A stretch of 64,000 bases of DNA, taken from Bacillota bacterium (GTDB lineage Bacteria > Bacillota > Clostridia > Christensenellales > CAG-138). The DNA lies in NCBI GenBank assembly GCA_023459335.1, contig JAEWUO010000005.1, forward strand, positions 11,168 to 75,167. Reading direction: 5' to 3'. Positions within the stretch are counted from its first letter, which is position 1. Every line of letters begins with the position of its first letter. Below, in pieces: positions 9,976 through 19,776 of this stretch. The notes under the pieces were generated by a model. It was not told the DNA's origin. It ran no database searches and saw only the letters and a program-made list of their open reading frames with translations. The position numbers were made by a program, and so were the translations under genes.

Positions 9976-10007
9976 CAATTTTACTAAAAACTCCGATTTA
10001 TCAGATG

Positions 10008-10679
10008 TTATTTCATGGTATTCGGAATGAACTGTTTGGCGTTGAGGATGTGGTCGCGCAGGAGGTTGCAGGCGCTTTCAAAGTCTCCCTCGCGGCAGCT
10101 CATCATGATCGCCTCATGCTCGTTGATCGATACCTCGCGCGTCTGCGGCGTACCGTAAAAACTGACGCGCAGATAACGGTCGATGTTGGCATGGACGAGT
10201 TCCAGCAGAAAATTCGCCATCGAATTTTTCGCGTGGGATGTCAGAATATCGTGAAACTTGTAGTTGAGCTCCTCGGAGCGGACGATATCCTCCACCGCCG
10301 CTTCGCGCTGCTGACGAACCACGTCCTCGAGCGCGTCAAAATCCGCACGGGTCAGCATGGGCGCGCTGTTCCGCATCATCATGACGGAGAGTGTCGCGCG
10401 CACTTCCATCATATCCAGCAGTTCGCTTCTCGTGAGCTCCGTCACGGCGGCTCCCCGGTTGGGATGGATGCGGACCAGTCCTTGCGCTTCCAGCCTTCTG
10501 AGCGCTTCGCGTACGGGGATATGGCTGACGTTCAACGCGGCGGAAATTTCGTCCTGTTTAAGCTGGATTCCGCCCGGAAGACCGCCGCTGATGATCCCTT
10601 CGCGGAGAACGTGAAAAATCCACTCCTGGGTAGCTCCAATACGCGGCCCCGCCTGCTCGGCTATGGCTTTATAATCCAT
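10008..10679 (-). CDS. GntR-family transcriptional regulator (FCD/FadR-type C-terminal domain)
   Basis: N-terminal wHTH (LKQDEISAALNVSHIPVREALRRLEAQGLV) followed by an all-helical C-terminal domain. GAGGTG RBS. Confidence 0.88.
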   Translation of the reverse strand: MDYKAIAEQAGPRIGATQEWIFHVLREGIISGGLPGGIQLKQDEISAALNVSHIPVREALRRLEAQGLVRIHPNRGAAVTELTRSELLDMMEVRATLSVMMMRNSAPMLTRADFDALEDVVRQQREAAVEDIVRSEELNYKFHDILTSHAKNSMANFLLELVHANIDRYLRVSFYGTPQTREVSINEHEAIMMSCREGDFESACNLLRDHILNAKQFIPNTMK

Positions 10680-10765
10680 AATTCACCTCATACAGATTGT
10701 ACGTTGTATTTCCTGAAACCTATCTGAGTGCATTATATATGATCAGCCTGAACTGCGCAACTCTT

Positions 10766-10790
10766 TTGCATACGATTTATCCGTATGCAA
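10766..10790. promoter_or_regulatory. Perfect 9-bp inverted repeat TTGCATACG-N7-CGTATGCAA upstream of the GntR gene; candidate operator
   Basis: Read directly from the sequence. It lies 87-111 nt upstream of the GntR start and has no adjacent T-tract, so it is unlikely to be a terminator. Confidence 0.4.
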
Positions 10791-10949
10791 TCGTCTTCGC
10801 GCTTACGCGGGGTATACAAAACACACCCTTATAAAACGGCTAAATCACGGATCGAAACGAAGTGATTTGGGGGAACCGGATGGGCGGAATTTATATCTTT
10901 TTTCAGCTGCGCACCTTGCCTCCGGGCAGACGGTAGGTAGCGCTCCGGC

Positions 10950-11285
10950 TCAGCGGCCGTATTTGACGCGTTCGAGACGGATCAGCGCCAGAACGCCTTC
11001 GCGAATTTCAGCCGGCAGACGGTCCGCCAGCGCGACGTCGTTGCGATATGACTGCATGCCTTCGGTATCGAAGAGGTAACTGGGTTCTTCGGTCAGGCCG
11101 AGGATGCTGTCGGTCGACGTGTTGTAGTGGGTCGCGATCGCCACCAGTGATGCGATGTCCGGCATGCAGCGGTTCGATTCCCAAGCCGCGACCGATTGCT
11201 GTACGACGCCAACCGATTCGCCAAGCTGCTGCTGCGTTTCTCCGTGAGACTTGCGAAGTCTCTTAATGCTTGCTCCGATGTCCAT
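10950..11285 (-). CDS. XRE-family helix-turn-helix transcriptional regulator
   Basis: MDIGASIKRLRKSHGETQQQLGESVGVVQQSVAAWESNRCMP is an HTH_3-type motif. Start refined to the ATG with a GGAGGAG RBS. Confidence 0.85.
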   Translation of the reverse strand: MDIGASIKRLRKSHGETQQQLGESVGVVQQSVAAWESNRCMPDIASLVAIATHYNTSTDSILGLTEEPSYLFDTEGMQSYRNDVALADRLPAEIREGVLALIRLERVKYGR

Positions 11286-12058
11286 AATGTTCTCTCTCCT
11301 CCAACTGATATCAATAGTGCCTGATCTGCCGGATCGCCGGCCGGCGCCATCGATTCTGCGCATGATTTTCACATTGCGCTTCCGGTTAAGCCGGCATATC
11401 TGTACGGCGGAACCGTAATTAATATTTTACTATAATACTGGACAGAAGAAAAGAGCCAGAATACACAAAAAGTAAACTTTTTTTGTCAATTTACCCGAAA
11501 AACCAGCATTATCGTTTCATTTGTAACTATAATACTTTTATTTATAATTCGATTTTTCAACTATTTCGACAAAATCCTGCTGTTTTCCGCGCGTTACGAT
11601 CGTTGCCTTTCTTTCGTTTTATTTTCAAAAATATAAAAAAAAAGAGAATTCACCCGTCTCTGTTTATGCAAAACATAGCGCGTGTAATGCATAAATATAA
11701 CCCCCTCATCTATACAAGTTATTCGTTTCCTGCACGTGTGCTGACGTTTTTTTCATGACTCTTTCAAGCACACGGTTTTTCATATGTTAAGCCGTATTGA
11801 GCCCTGGCATTATGCAACTAAACGAATAACGCAAATTTCTTTTGCAGCCGCAGGCAATGAGACTTTTGCCATGCAGAATGAATAATCCGACTTTTTACGC
11901 AAAATTCCGCGTTTCTTTACATTAATTTAATGGTGACGGAATTTTCTTTTATGTTATACTATGCTAAGCGTAAAAAATACCTGTTCTCACGGCATCCTAT
12001 CCTCTGCATTTTATCTGATTCCTGCTTACCCCTGCGTTATTTAATATGGAGGCGTCGT

Positions 12059-13348
12059 ATGGGCATCCGATTGGCGATCGTTGGTGCGGGAAGCACATAC
12101 TGTCCCGAGCTCATGCAGGGATTGTCGCGCCGAAAGGACATCCTTCCTCTCGACGAGCTGCGCCTGACGGATATCGACGAATCCAGACTCCATATCGTCG
12201 GCGCGTTCTGCGAGCGCATACTCGCCGAGAGCGGTTTGTTCCCGCGCATCACGCTGACGCCGGATCTGACCTGCGCGCTCGACGGGGTGGACTATATCGT
12301 CACGCAGATCCGCGCGGGCAAACTGGAAGCGCGCATCCGAGATGAAAAGATACCGCTCGAATACGGTATGATCGGGCAGGAAACGACCGGTATCGGCGGG
12401 TTTACGAACGCCCTGCGCACCATACCCCAGATCGAGAGGATCGCCGCCGCCGCCGAACGATATGCGCCCGACGCCTGGCTGATCAATTTCGCAAATCCGT
12501 CCGGAATCGTAACGGAATTTTTACTCAATCATACACCCGTAAAAGCCGTAGGCCTCTGCAACCTGCCAATCGGCGCGCAGGAGCGTATCGCGCGGCTGCT
12601 CGGCCTCCCCATGGAGCAAGTTCGCCTAGAAACCGTATCGCTGAACCATTGCGGCGCGATAACGGCGGTCTTCGCAGACGATATAGACGTACTGCCGCGG
12701 CTGCTCGAACCGCGCGCGCTGTTCAGGGCCGCGCAGCAGGACGACTGGGTGAAAAATTACCGCCCGGTCATCGAACTGCTCGGCGCCATCCCGAACGACT
12801 ATCTGCAGTATTTTTTCTATCGCGAGCGAAAACTCCGTGAGCAGAAAAGCGCGCCGCAGACGCGCGGCGAGGTGTGCCAGGATATCGAAGCGCGCCTGCT
12901 CTCCTACTATGCGGACGAACGCAACCGCACGGTTCCGCCGATGCTCGCCGAACGCGGCGGGCACCTCTACTCGGAGGCGGCCATTGCGCTCATCGCATCG
13001 CTCAGCGGCGCGGCGCCGGGGGATCATGTGATCGATGTGCAAAACCGCGGCACACTCGATTTTCTGCCCGATCACAGCGTGATCGAGACAAGCTGCCATG
13101 TGCAAAAGAACTCCATTGCGCGAAATCCGGTTACGGCAGCGCCCAATCCCGTGCTGAAATCGCTTCTAATCAGCGTGAAGGCATACGAAACCCTCACGGT
13201 GGAAGCCGCGCGCACGGGCGAGCGAGCAAACGCGCTGCAGGCGCTCGCCTGCAACCCCATCACCGCCGACCTCGACAACGCGGCGCCATGCCTTGAGGAA
13301 ATGCTCGAACAGAACCGTTCGCTGCTTCCTCGCTTTTTCCCGCAGTAA
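12059..13348 (+). CDS. Glycoside hydrolase family 4 (6-phospho-beta-glucosidase-like)
   Basis: MGIRLAIVGAGSTYCPELMQGL is the NAD-binding N-terminus, and the GLCNLP Cys motif is typical of GH4 (CelF/LicH-like). Start refined to the ATG with a GGAGG RBS. Confidence 0.85.
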   Translation: MGIRLAIVGAGSTYCPELMQGLSRRKDILPLDELRLTDIDESRLHIVGAFCERILAESGLFPRITLTPDLTCALDGVDYIVTQIRAGKLEARIRDEKIPLEYGMIGQETTGIGGFTNALRTIPQIERIAAAAERYAPDAWLINFANPSGIVTEFLLNHTPVKAVGLCNLPIGAQERIARLLGLPMEQVRLETVSLNHCGAITAVFADDIDVLPRLLEPRALFRAAQQDDWVKNYRPVIELLGAIPNDYLQYFFYRERKLREQKSAPQTRGEVCQDIEARLLSYYADERNRTVPPMLAERGGHLYSEAAIALIASLSGAAPGDHVIDVQNRGTLDFLPDHSVIETSCHVQKNSIARNPVTAAPNPVLKSLLISVKAYETLTVEAARTGERANALQALACNPITADLDNAAPCLEEMLEQNRSLLPRFFPQ

Positions 13349-13424
13349 ATCCGTTTGTCAGCCCGGCGCTGCGGACACTACAAATATATCCTTCGTGATC
13401 GATCATAAACGAGGAGTTCCGTAC

Positions 13425-14375
13425 ATGGAGCAGAAGCGTTGCTACCTTGCCGTTGACGGAGGCAATTCAAAAACGGAATACCGTCTGCTCGGCGCCAACG
13501 GCGCGATGATCGCCGCGCGGCGGGGCGGCGGCAGCAATCATGAGGTTCTGCCCGGCGGTTTCGCCAGCGCGGCGGATGTGGTCGTCGGCGAAATCGAAGA
13601 CCTTCTCGCGGCGCACGGATATGCGCTAACGGAGGTCGCCGACGCGGTGCTGGGCCTTGCGGGTGCGGACTACGATGAGGAAGCGGCCGCGCTGGAACAG
13701 GCGCTGACAGCCCGCGGCCTGTCGAACTGCTTCGTTTGCAACGACGGGTATCTCGGTGTCATGGCCGGTTTCGAAAGCGGCACGGGCATCTGCTATTCGG
13801 CGGGTTCCGGCGTTACCTGCGCGGGCATCAACGCGGAAGGCAAACGCGTGCAGTTCGGCGGCATCGGCGTGCTGAGCGGCGATATCGGAGGCGGTTTCGA
13901 TATCGCGCAGTTCGTCTATCGCAGCATCTATGAACACATCTTCTTCGGAAAAGCATATACCACGCTCAAGGATGCGGTATTTACCCTGCTCGATATCAAG
14001 TCGACCGACGAATTCCGCTCCGCACCCGGAAGAGTATTGACCGAAGAGGTCGCGCGGCAGCTGGTCGGCTTGTTCTTTACGGCGATGGAGACGAACGACG
14101 TTCTCGCGCTGCAATACGCCGCACAGGCCGCTTCCCACGCAGCGGACTGCATCATCGCCGCGGCGGACGCCCTTTCGTTGAAACCGCCGGTGCAGGTCGC
14201 GCTCTCCGGCTCCATTATGACCGCCGCTTCGCCGCCGGCTTATCGGCGCATGATCGAATATGAGCTCTACCGCCGGAAAGGAAAGAACTTCATCCTGCGA
14301 ATCAACGATCTGCCGCCGGTGGAGGGCGCAGTGCGCTGGGTGCGGCTGCGAAACCGCCTGTCCGCCGTACCGTGA
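13425..14375 (+). CDS. BadF/BadG/BcrA/BcrD-type ATPase (N-acetylglucosamine-kinase-like)
   Basis: ASKHA phosphate-1 motif YLAVDGGNSKTEY. Size about 316 aa. GAGGAG RBS. Follows the GH4 gene. Confidence 0.75.
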   Translation: MEQKRCYLAVDGGNSKTEYRLLGANGAMIAARRGGGSNHEVLPGGFASAADVVVGEIEDLLAAHGYALTEVADAVLGLAGADYDEEAAALEQALTARGLSNCFVCNDGYLGVMAGFESGTGICYSAGSGVTCAGINAEGKRVQFGGIGVLSGDIGGGFDIAQFVYRSIYEHIFFGKAYTTLKDAVFTLLDIKSTDEFRSAPGRVLTEEVARQLVGLFFTAMETNDVLALQYAAQAASHAADCIIAAADALSLKPPVQVALSGSIMTAASPPAYRRMIEYELYRRKGKNFILRINDLPPVEGAVRWVRLRNRLSAVP

Positions 14376-14389
14376 TATTCTTGCCCCCT

Positions 14390-14412
14390 GCCGCCTGTCA
14401 GGCGGCTTTTTT
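14390..14412 (+). terminator. Rho-independent terminator after the GH4/kinase pair
   Basis: GCCGCC-tgtca-GGCGGC followed by TTTTTT. Confidence 0.75.
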
Positions 14413-14511
14413 GTTTCGCCTGGAACTTGTGTTATAATGGTTCCGTTCGTCCGGCGGCGCCGTATGTTTCTGCCGACGATATGACACAGATAAAATCAAA
14501 CGGAGCGATTC

Positions 14512-15120
14512 ATGAGTAACCCCTTTACGCCTTATCTTACCCAAGTGGAAGCGAACGACGCCGTCACGGCGCGCGTCGGCGAACTGCTGCAACACAAAGA
14601 TCGCGTACTCGTTGCAATCGACGGCAACTGCTGCGCGGGAAAGACGACGATCGCCGCCCGCCTCGGTGAGCGTCTGCACGCGAATGTATTTCATATGGAC
14701 GATTATTTTCTGCGCCCGCATATGCGCACATCGGACCGGCTGAACCGCCCGGGCGGAAACGTGGACGCGGGGCGTTTTCTGCTGGATATACTCCATCCCG
14801 TCTCGCGCGGACAGGCGGCGAAGGTTCGCCGTTACGACTGTAAGGAAGATGCGCTGCTGCCCCCCGTATCGGTTATTCCTGAGCGCGTCGTTATCGTCGA
14901 GGGCGCATACAGCCTGCACCCGCTCTTGGCTCCCTATTACGACCTGAAAGTCTTCTGCCGGGTGAACGCCGAGGAACAAGCCGAACGCATCCGCGTTCGA
15001 AACGGAGAGGAAGGGCTGCAAACGTTCCTCAACCGCTGGATTCCTTTGGAAAACTGGTATTTCGGCGCGCTCAAGATCGCGGAAAGCTGCGATATCGTCA
15101 TCGATACTTCCGCGCACTGA
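14512..15120 (+). CDS. Uridine-kinase-like P-loop NTP-binding protein
   Basis: Walker A motif DGNCCAGKTT. Overall length and layout resemble the uridine kinase/PRK family. Confidence 0.7.
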   Translation: MSNPFTPYLTQVEANDAVTARVGELLQHKDRVLVAIDGNCCAGKTTIAARLGERLHANVFHMDDYFLRPHMRTSDRLNRPGGNVDAGRFLLDILHPVSRGQAAKVRRYDCKEDALLPPVSVIPERVVIVEGAYSLHPLLAPYYDLKVFCRVNAEEQAERIRVRNGEEGLQTFLNRWIPLENWYFGALKIAESCDIVIDTSAH

Positions 15121-15132
15121 CCGTCATAAAAA

Positions 15133-15160
15133 AGCGCCCGTCGGGCGCTATCGTATTTTT
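15133..15160. terminator. Bidirectional terminator between the uridine-kinase-like gene and the J-domain gene
   Basis: AGCGCCC-gtc-GGGCGCT stem, with an A-run on the left and a T-run on the right. Confidence 0.6.
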
Positions 15161-15163
15161 GGC

Positions 15164-15793
15164 TCAGCAGAGGTCTCCGCCGCAGCAGCAGTTCAGGCAC
15201 ATGAGCGCGGAGCAAATATCGCAGCAGGGCGACGCGTCGAGATTCCCGTTTGCGCCGCGCTGATAGGTGCGTCCCGAGTTGTTGAGCGAGAGAAACGCGT
15301 TTCTGTATTCGGCGTTGTCCGGTTCCGCTTCGTAAGCGCGGCTGATGCATTCGAACGCTTTTTCATACCACCCCTGACGCAGATAGATCACGCCGTAAAG
15401 GTAGTTCCACTCCGCGTTATGCACGCTGACGGTGTCCAGAATCTCGCGCGCCGCGTTGAGGTTATTCTGGTTGATGAACGAGCGCGCCCGCGCGAACTCC
15501 GTCGCGAACGGCCCGCTGTACGCCGTGCCGCCGCTTGGGCGAGAATAGGCGCCGCCATAGGAACCATAGGAACCGGAGGACGAACCGTACGCCGAATTCC
15601 CCGTCGAATTCGGTTTTTTAGAGAGCATCTCGTATGCCTGGTTGATTTCCTTGAGCTTTTCTCCGGCGAGCTCCTTGAGGGGGTTATCCGCGTATTTATC
15701 CGGATGGTATTTCTTCACCAGCTCCAGATACGCGGCGCGGATCTCCTCCTGCGTAGCGTTCTCGCTCACACCCAGAACTTTGTAGGGGTTCAT
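15164..15793 (-). CDS. J-domain protein with a TPR-like region and an extremely Cys-rich C-terminal tail
   Basis: [34 protein letters not shown] contains the HPD motif. The last 20 residues, [20 protein letters not shown], contain 8 Cys. Confidence 0.88.
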   Translation of the reverse strand: MNPYKVLGVSENATQEEIRAAYLELVKKYHPDKYADNPLKELAGEKLKEINQAYEMLSKKPNSTGNSAYGSSSGSYGSYGGAYSRPSGGTAYSGPFATEFARARSFINQNNLNAAREILDTVSVHNAEWNYLYGVIYLRQGWYEKAFECISRAYEAEPDNAEYRNAFLSLNNSGRTYQRGANGNLDASPCCDICSALMCLNCCCGGDLC

Positions 15794-16665
15794 TCCTTGT
15801 CTCCTTTATCCTTCCGCGGGACGCGTTTTCCTGTCCCGCAGACTTCCCCGCCGGTCAGCACGCGCCGCTGCGTCTGCGTCAGCCCCAGCCGCATGATATT
15901 GTCCAGCAGTCCGCTCGGCGTTTGCTGCGTCAGTAAATCGTATGCCTTTTCGGCTTCGGCCAGCGTAATATTCAGAAGAAATTCCGCCTGCCCGACGGGC
16001 ATCTGCGATAGAACGAACGAATTGTAGTTCCCGCTCTTTTTGTCGCGCTCGCGGTCGTCCCACGCGTCGAGTAAATAGATCCATTTGCCGAGGTTGTAAA
16101 ACATCCATTCGGCGGCGGCGCGTTCGCTGATCGGCAGCATCGGCGCGTTCAGGATCACCGCGGAGAGTATCCTGCCGAACGCGTCGCTCGGCTCGTCCGT
16201 AGAGGCGATTCGTTCCGTCTCCACTTGATGCAGGCGCGCCATGCTTTCTAAAATCGCCTGATCCAGCTCCGCGTGCGCCTTCGCGGCCCTGCGGTATGCG
16301 CTCCGCAGCGCGAGGCGGGAAGCAAAGGCTTTCGCGCTCCGTTCATCCGCGGTGTCGTCTGCCGCCTGATACCAGGCGAGAAGAACGTTGACGTCCGCGG
16401 CGTAATCCAGTATGGGCGAAGGCTGCGCGATCGGCCGCCTGCCGCGATAGACGCGCGGCGCGCAATTGCCGGGCGAGAACCGCATGCCGCCGGTCACTGC
16501 GGCGAGCACAAGCGCGAGAAACGTGCAATCATAGCTCAGCGTCAGCCGCTCGATCTGTCCGTACCGCGTGCCGATGCTCTTGCACAGCCCGCAGTAAGCG
16601 CCGCGGTATTCCGCTTGCTCGCGCACCTTCAGTTCGCACTCCAGCGGGCGGATATATCCGAACAT
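15790..16665 (-). CDS. DUF5685-like uncharacterised protein
   Basis: [36 protein letters not shown] resembles, from memory, the DUF5685 N-terminus. Start refined to the internal ATG. The stop overlaps the J-domain ATG (ATGA). Confidence 0.7.
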   Translation of the reverse strand: MFGYIRPLECELKVREQAEYRGAYCGLCKSIGTRYGQIERLTLSYDCTFLALVLAAVTGGMRFSPGNCAPRVYRGRRPIAQPSPILDYAADVNVLLAWYQAADDTADERSAKAFASRLALRSAYRRAAKAHAELDQAILESMARLHQVETERIASTDEPSDAFGRILSAVILNAPMLPISERAAAEWMFYNLGKWIYLLDAWDDRERDKKSGNYNSFVLSQMPVGQAEFLLNITLAEAEKAYDLLTQQTPSGLLDNIMRLGLTQTQRRVLTGGEVCGTGKRVPRKDKGDKE

Positions 16666-16789
16666 ACGCGTTTCCCTTTCTGCATCCGCAGAGTATTGTA
16701 TCATGATAACATCCCTCTGAGAATGCCTTTTTTCCGTCAAGGATGTGAACGAATGTGAAACGAACCCCTTTTTCCGGCGTTTTTCGCGC

Positions 16790-16826
16790 GTAAAAAACCG
16801 CGGACACAGTTCCGCGGTTTCTTTTG
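16790..16826 (-). terminator. Terminator after the DUF1858 gene (bidirectional shape)
   Basis: 9-bp stem AACCGCGGA/TCCGCGGTT (16796-16804 and 16811-16819) with flanking A and T runs. Confidence 0.7.
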
Positions 16827-16844
16827 TTCCGTTTGTTTCCCGCG

Positions 16845-17045
16845 TTATTTCGCCGCGAGATGCTTGTTGATTTCGCCGACCAGCGCGTCGGAATCGATTC
16901 CGTGCACCGCGGCGGCCTGCTCGATCGTCTCGCCATGCGCCATAGCGCAGCCGATGCAATGCATGCCCGCATCCATCAGGATCTCGGCGGTGCCTTCGTC
17001 CATCTCGATTACCTGCTGAATCAGCATATCCTTTGTTGCCTGCAT
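16845..17045 (-). CDS. DUF1858-type small protein (hybrid-cluster-associated redox disulfide family)
   Basis: MQATKDMLIQQVIEMDEGTAEILMDAGMHCIGCAMAHGETIEQAAAVHGID contains the CxxC motif. Start refined to the ATG preceded by GGAGGAAACAGAT. Confidence 0.75.
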   Translation of the reverse strand: MQATKDMLIQQVIEMDEGTAEILMDAGMHCIGCAMAHGETIEQAAAVHGIDSDALVGEINKHLAAK

Positions 17046-17139
17046 ATCTGTTTCCTCCAAAGATTGATCGCTATCGTTTGTCATCCATACACTAGCTATT
17101 TACTAGTATATCACGAATTCTCAAAAAGGAAAGCTTTTT

Positions 17140-17595
17140 TTAACTGCGCGTTTCAAATATATTGCCGCAGTTCGTGCAGGTCACGCGGATTCTGCCCTTG
17201 CCGCGCGGCACGCGCAGGCGTTGGGCGCATTGCGGGCAGATCAGGTATTTATACTGCCGCATCTCGCTCCAGGTGGGGTTCTTATGCGCACGCTTTGCGC
17301 GCTGGGCCGAAGTCCGCGCGCCGGCGCCGGCCGGGCGGAACGTTCGCCTAAACCAGTCCTTCACCGCGGTCGAGAAAGTCAGGTACTTCATGTTTTCCTG
17401 ATAGCGCTTCGCCGTGTTCCTGCTCGTCATGCGGACAACCATGAGGATAAGCAGCGCCGCGCCGAGAGCGGAGCATACAATCCGCGGCCAGCCGCCGACG
17501 CTCGATAAAAACATGCCGAGCGCTGAGATCACCAGCGCTGCGATTAACAGCGCGCGGTTGAGTTCGTCTAAGCCTCTTTTTTGCTGTTGAAACAT
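17140..17595 (-). CDS. Membrane protein with a C-terminal zinc ribbon (hypothetical)
   Basis: Two hydrophobic helices are followed by CPQC...CTNC. No family was recognised. Confidence 0.6.
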   Translation of the reverse strand: MFQQQKRGLDELNRALLIAALVISALGMFLSSVGGWPRIVCSALGAALLILMVVRMTSRNTAKRYQENMKYLTFSTAVKDWFRRTFRPAGAGARTSAQRAKRAHKNPTWSEMRQYKYLICPQCAQRLRVPRGKGRIRVTCTNCGNIFETRS

Positions 17596-17641
17596 TTGGG
17601 TCCCTCGCTTTGGTCGTTGATACGGGCTGTCCCGCCCATGA

Positions 17642-19588
17642 TTATAACGTCCGGTAGAGCCGCGCGGTCAGCGGCGGCAGCGTCGCTTTCAGCTCTCCGC
17701 CGTAAACGCTGAGCGGTTCCCCCGTCAGCACGTCGGTCAGCGACTCAGCGAGTCTGACCGGCGTTTCCCCGTCCGCTCCCTGCGGCATGTCGTCCGGATG
17801 CAGCGTCACGCTCTGATCCCGCTCCGAGCGGTTCAGCAGCAGAATCGCCTGCTCCCCGCTCTCGGGCAGCCATCTGAGCACCGCGTAGGTCTCCGGCGAA
17901 AGCGCGCCCATGCGGCATAGTCCCCGTTTGAGCGCGCCGCTTTCGGCGCGCGCGCGCATCAGTGCAGAATAGTTCTGAAATACCGTTTCGTTTTCCGATC
18001 CCCAGGGATAGGTTCCGCGGTTGAAAGGGTCGCTCATGCCGGTCATGCCCGCTTCGTCCCCGTAATATACACACGGCACGCCCGGCAGCGCCATCTGCAG
18101 CGCGGCGGCAAGAATCAGCCTCAGATAACCCTTTTGCTGGTCCTTTTCATTCGGCTGGTAGGCCGCCTGCAGCTTGCGCGAAACCGAGTTGCGGTCCGGC
18201 GCGCCCGCGAGCGCGGTCGCCGCGCGGATGATATCGTGCGACGAAATCAGGTTGAGGCACGCTTCGTAAAACGGTTTCGGATAATGCTCCCGCAGCGTCT
18301 GCAGCGCATGATCGAGCGCATACGCATCCGCGTGTCCGGTCAGAAACGCAACGGCGGCTTCCATAAAAGGATAATTCATCGCGCTGTCCAGCTCGTCTCC
18401 GTTGACGTAGCCGCGCCTGCCCTCCGGGCCGTATTTATTGGAGCAGTCGTCCCACACCTCGCCGAGCAGCACGCTCTCCGGGTCGTTTTGCTTGAGCCTG
18501 CGGCGCAGGATGCGGATGAATTCATCCGGCAGTTCGTCCGCGACGTCCAGCCGCCAGTCTTTCGCGCCCGCGCCCGCCCAGTGAGACAGTACGCCCTGAT
18601 CCCCCGCGATAAACGCGGTATAGCTCGGTTCCAGTTCGTTGACGTTCGGCAGGGAGGGAAATCCCCACCAGCATTCATATTGCTTTCTGTCCGCCGAAAA
18701 ACGGTACCAGCTTTCATAAGGCGAGTCGCCGGATTCGTATGCGCCGACGTCCTCATAGCGCGAGAATTTATCGAAATAGCGGCTGTCCGCGCCCGTATGC
18801 GAAAATACGCCGTCGAGCATGATACGGATGCCGCGCGCATTCGCCTCCGCGCAGAGTGTGCGGAACTCGTCTTCGTTGCCGAAAATCGGATCGATGCGGT
18901 TATAATCCGCCGTATCGTAGCGGTGGTTGCTCGCGGATTCGAACACCGGGTTGAGATAAATCGTCGTTACGCCGAGACTCGCCAGATAGTCCAGCTTTTC
19001 GCGGATGCCGTTACAATCCCCGCCGAAAAAGTCGTTCGGTTCGTAATCCTCCTGCCCAGGCGCGGGCGTAAAGCAGACGTCCTCGCTCCAGCGGTCATGG
19101 ATGCGCAGGAAACGCCCTTTTTCCATGTGGTACTTGACTCGTTCGCGAAAATCCTCCCAGCTGCTTCTGCGGAACCGGTCGGGAAAAATCTGGTAAACCA
19201 GCCCCTCGCGCCAGCTCTGAGGCGTTTGAAACGCGCCGTCGTATACGGTGATCTGGTAAGCGCGCGGCTCGTGGGATTCCAGTCTGCCTTCGCCGCTGTC
19301 CGCGCCGTAATACTGCGTGCGTCCGTCGGACGTGCGAATGATGAAGTAATACCACATAATGCAGGGCACCTGAGACATCGGCACGTCGCAGCGCGCGCGC
19401 CCGCCGGAAATCGCAAGGTCGAAAAACGACTCCACGCCAAACTGGCTGTAGAGGCGCAGCTGGACCCGCGCGCCCGCGTCTCCGCCGATCTCGGCTTCGA
19501 TATGTACGCTCGAAGAGCATGGCACCGCGCCCTGCGGCCTGCGGAACGTTAAAAATCTCGAATGATGCCGAAACGTAATCATAAGCAT
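17642..19588 (-). CDS. GH13 alpha-amylase-family enzyme (neopullulanase/cyclomaltodextrinase-like)
   Basis: The four GH13 conserved regions are present: DGVFSHT, WRLDVADE, LLGEVWD, SSHD. Confidence 0.88.
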   Translation of the reverse strand: MLMITFRHHSRFLTFRRPQGAVPCSSSVHIEAEIGGDAGARVQLRLYSQFGVESFFDLAISGGRARCDVPMSQVPCIMWYYFIIRTSDGRTQYYGADSGEGRLESHEPRAYQITVYDGAFQTPQSWREGLVYQIFPDRFRRSSWEDFRERVKYHMEKGRFLRIHDRWSEDVCFTPAPGQEDYEPNDFFGGDCNGIREKLDYLASLGVTTIYLNPVFESASNHRYDTADYNRIDPIFGNEDEFRTLCAEANARGIRIMLDGVFSHTGADSRYFDKFSRYEDVGAYESGDSPYESWYRFSADRKQYECWWGFPSLPNVNELEPSYTAFIAGDQGVLSHWAGAGAKDWRLDVADELPDEFIRILRRRLKQNDPESVLLGEVWDDCSNKYGPEGRRGYVNGDELDSAMNYPFMEAAVAFLTGHADAYALDHALQTLREHYPKPFYEACLNLISSHDIIRAATALAGAPDRNSVSRKLQAAYQPNEKDQQKGYLRLILAAALQMALPGVPCVYYGDEAGMTGMSDPFNRGTYPWGSENETVFQNYSALMRARAESGALKRGLCRMGALSPETYAVLRWLPESGEQAILLLNRSERDQSVTLHPDDMPQGADGETPVRLAESLTDVLTGEPLSVYGGELKATLPPLTARLYRTL

Positions 19589-19776
19589 AGTATAGCCGAT
19601 TCTCCCCCGCGGCTGCGCGTGTTTGCGCGGAATGTTGCGAGCTTTTCACAATTTTTAACGCCTGCGGTTCCGCCCTGCCCGATTGCGGTGAACATACGGG
19701 TTATATGCGCCGGCGCATAAGAATAGCCGCTTACCTGCGGGCGTTTTGCTCGCATATGCAGGCGGCCTGATTTTTA

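Noticed and set aside
11483-11758. 91-aa ORF in the AT-rich spacer
   Set aside because: The translation is low-complexity and Phe/Ile/Asn/Tyr-rich, as produced by AT-rich non-coding DNA. There is no RBS.
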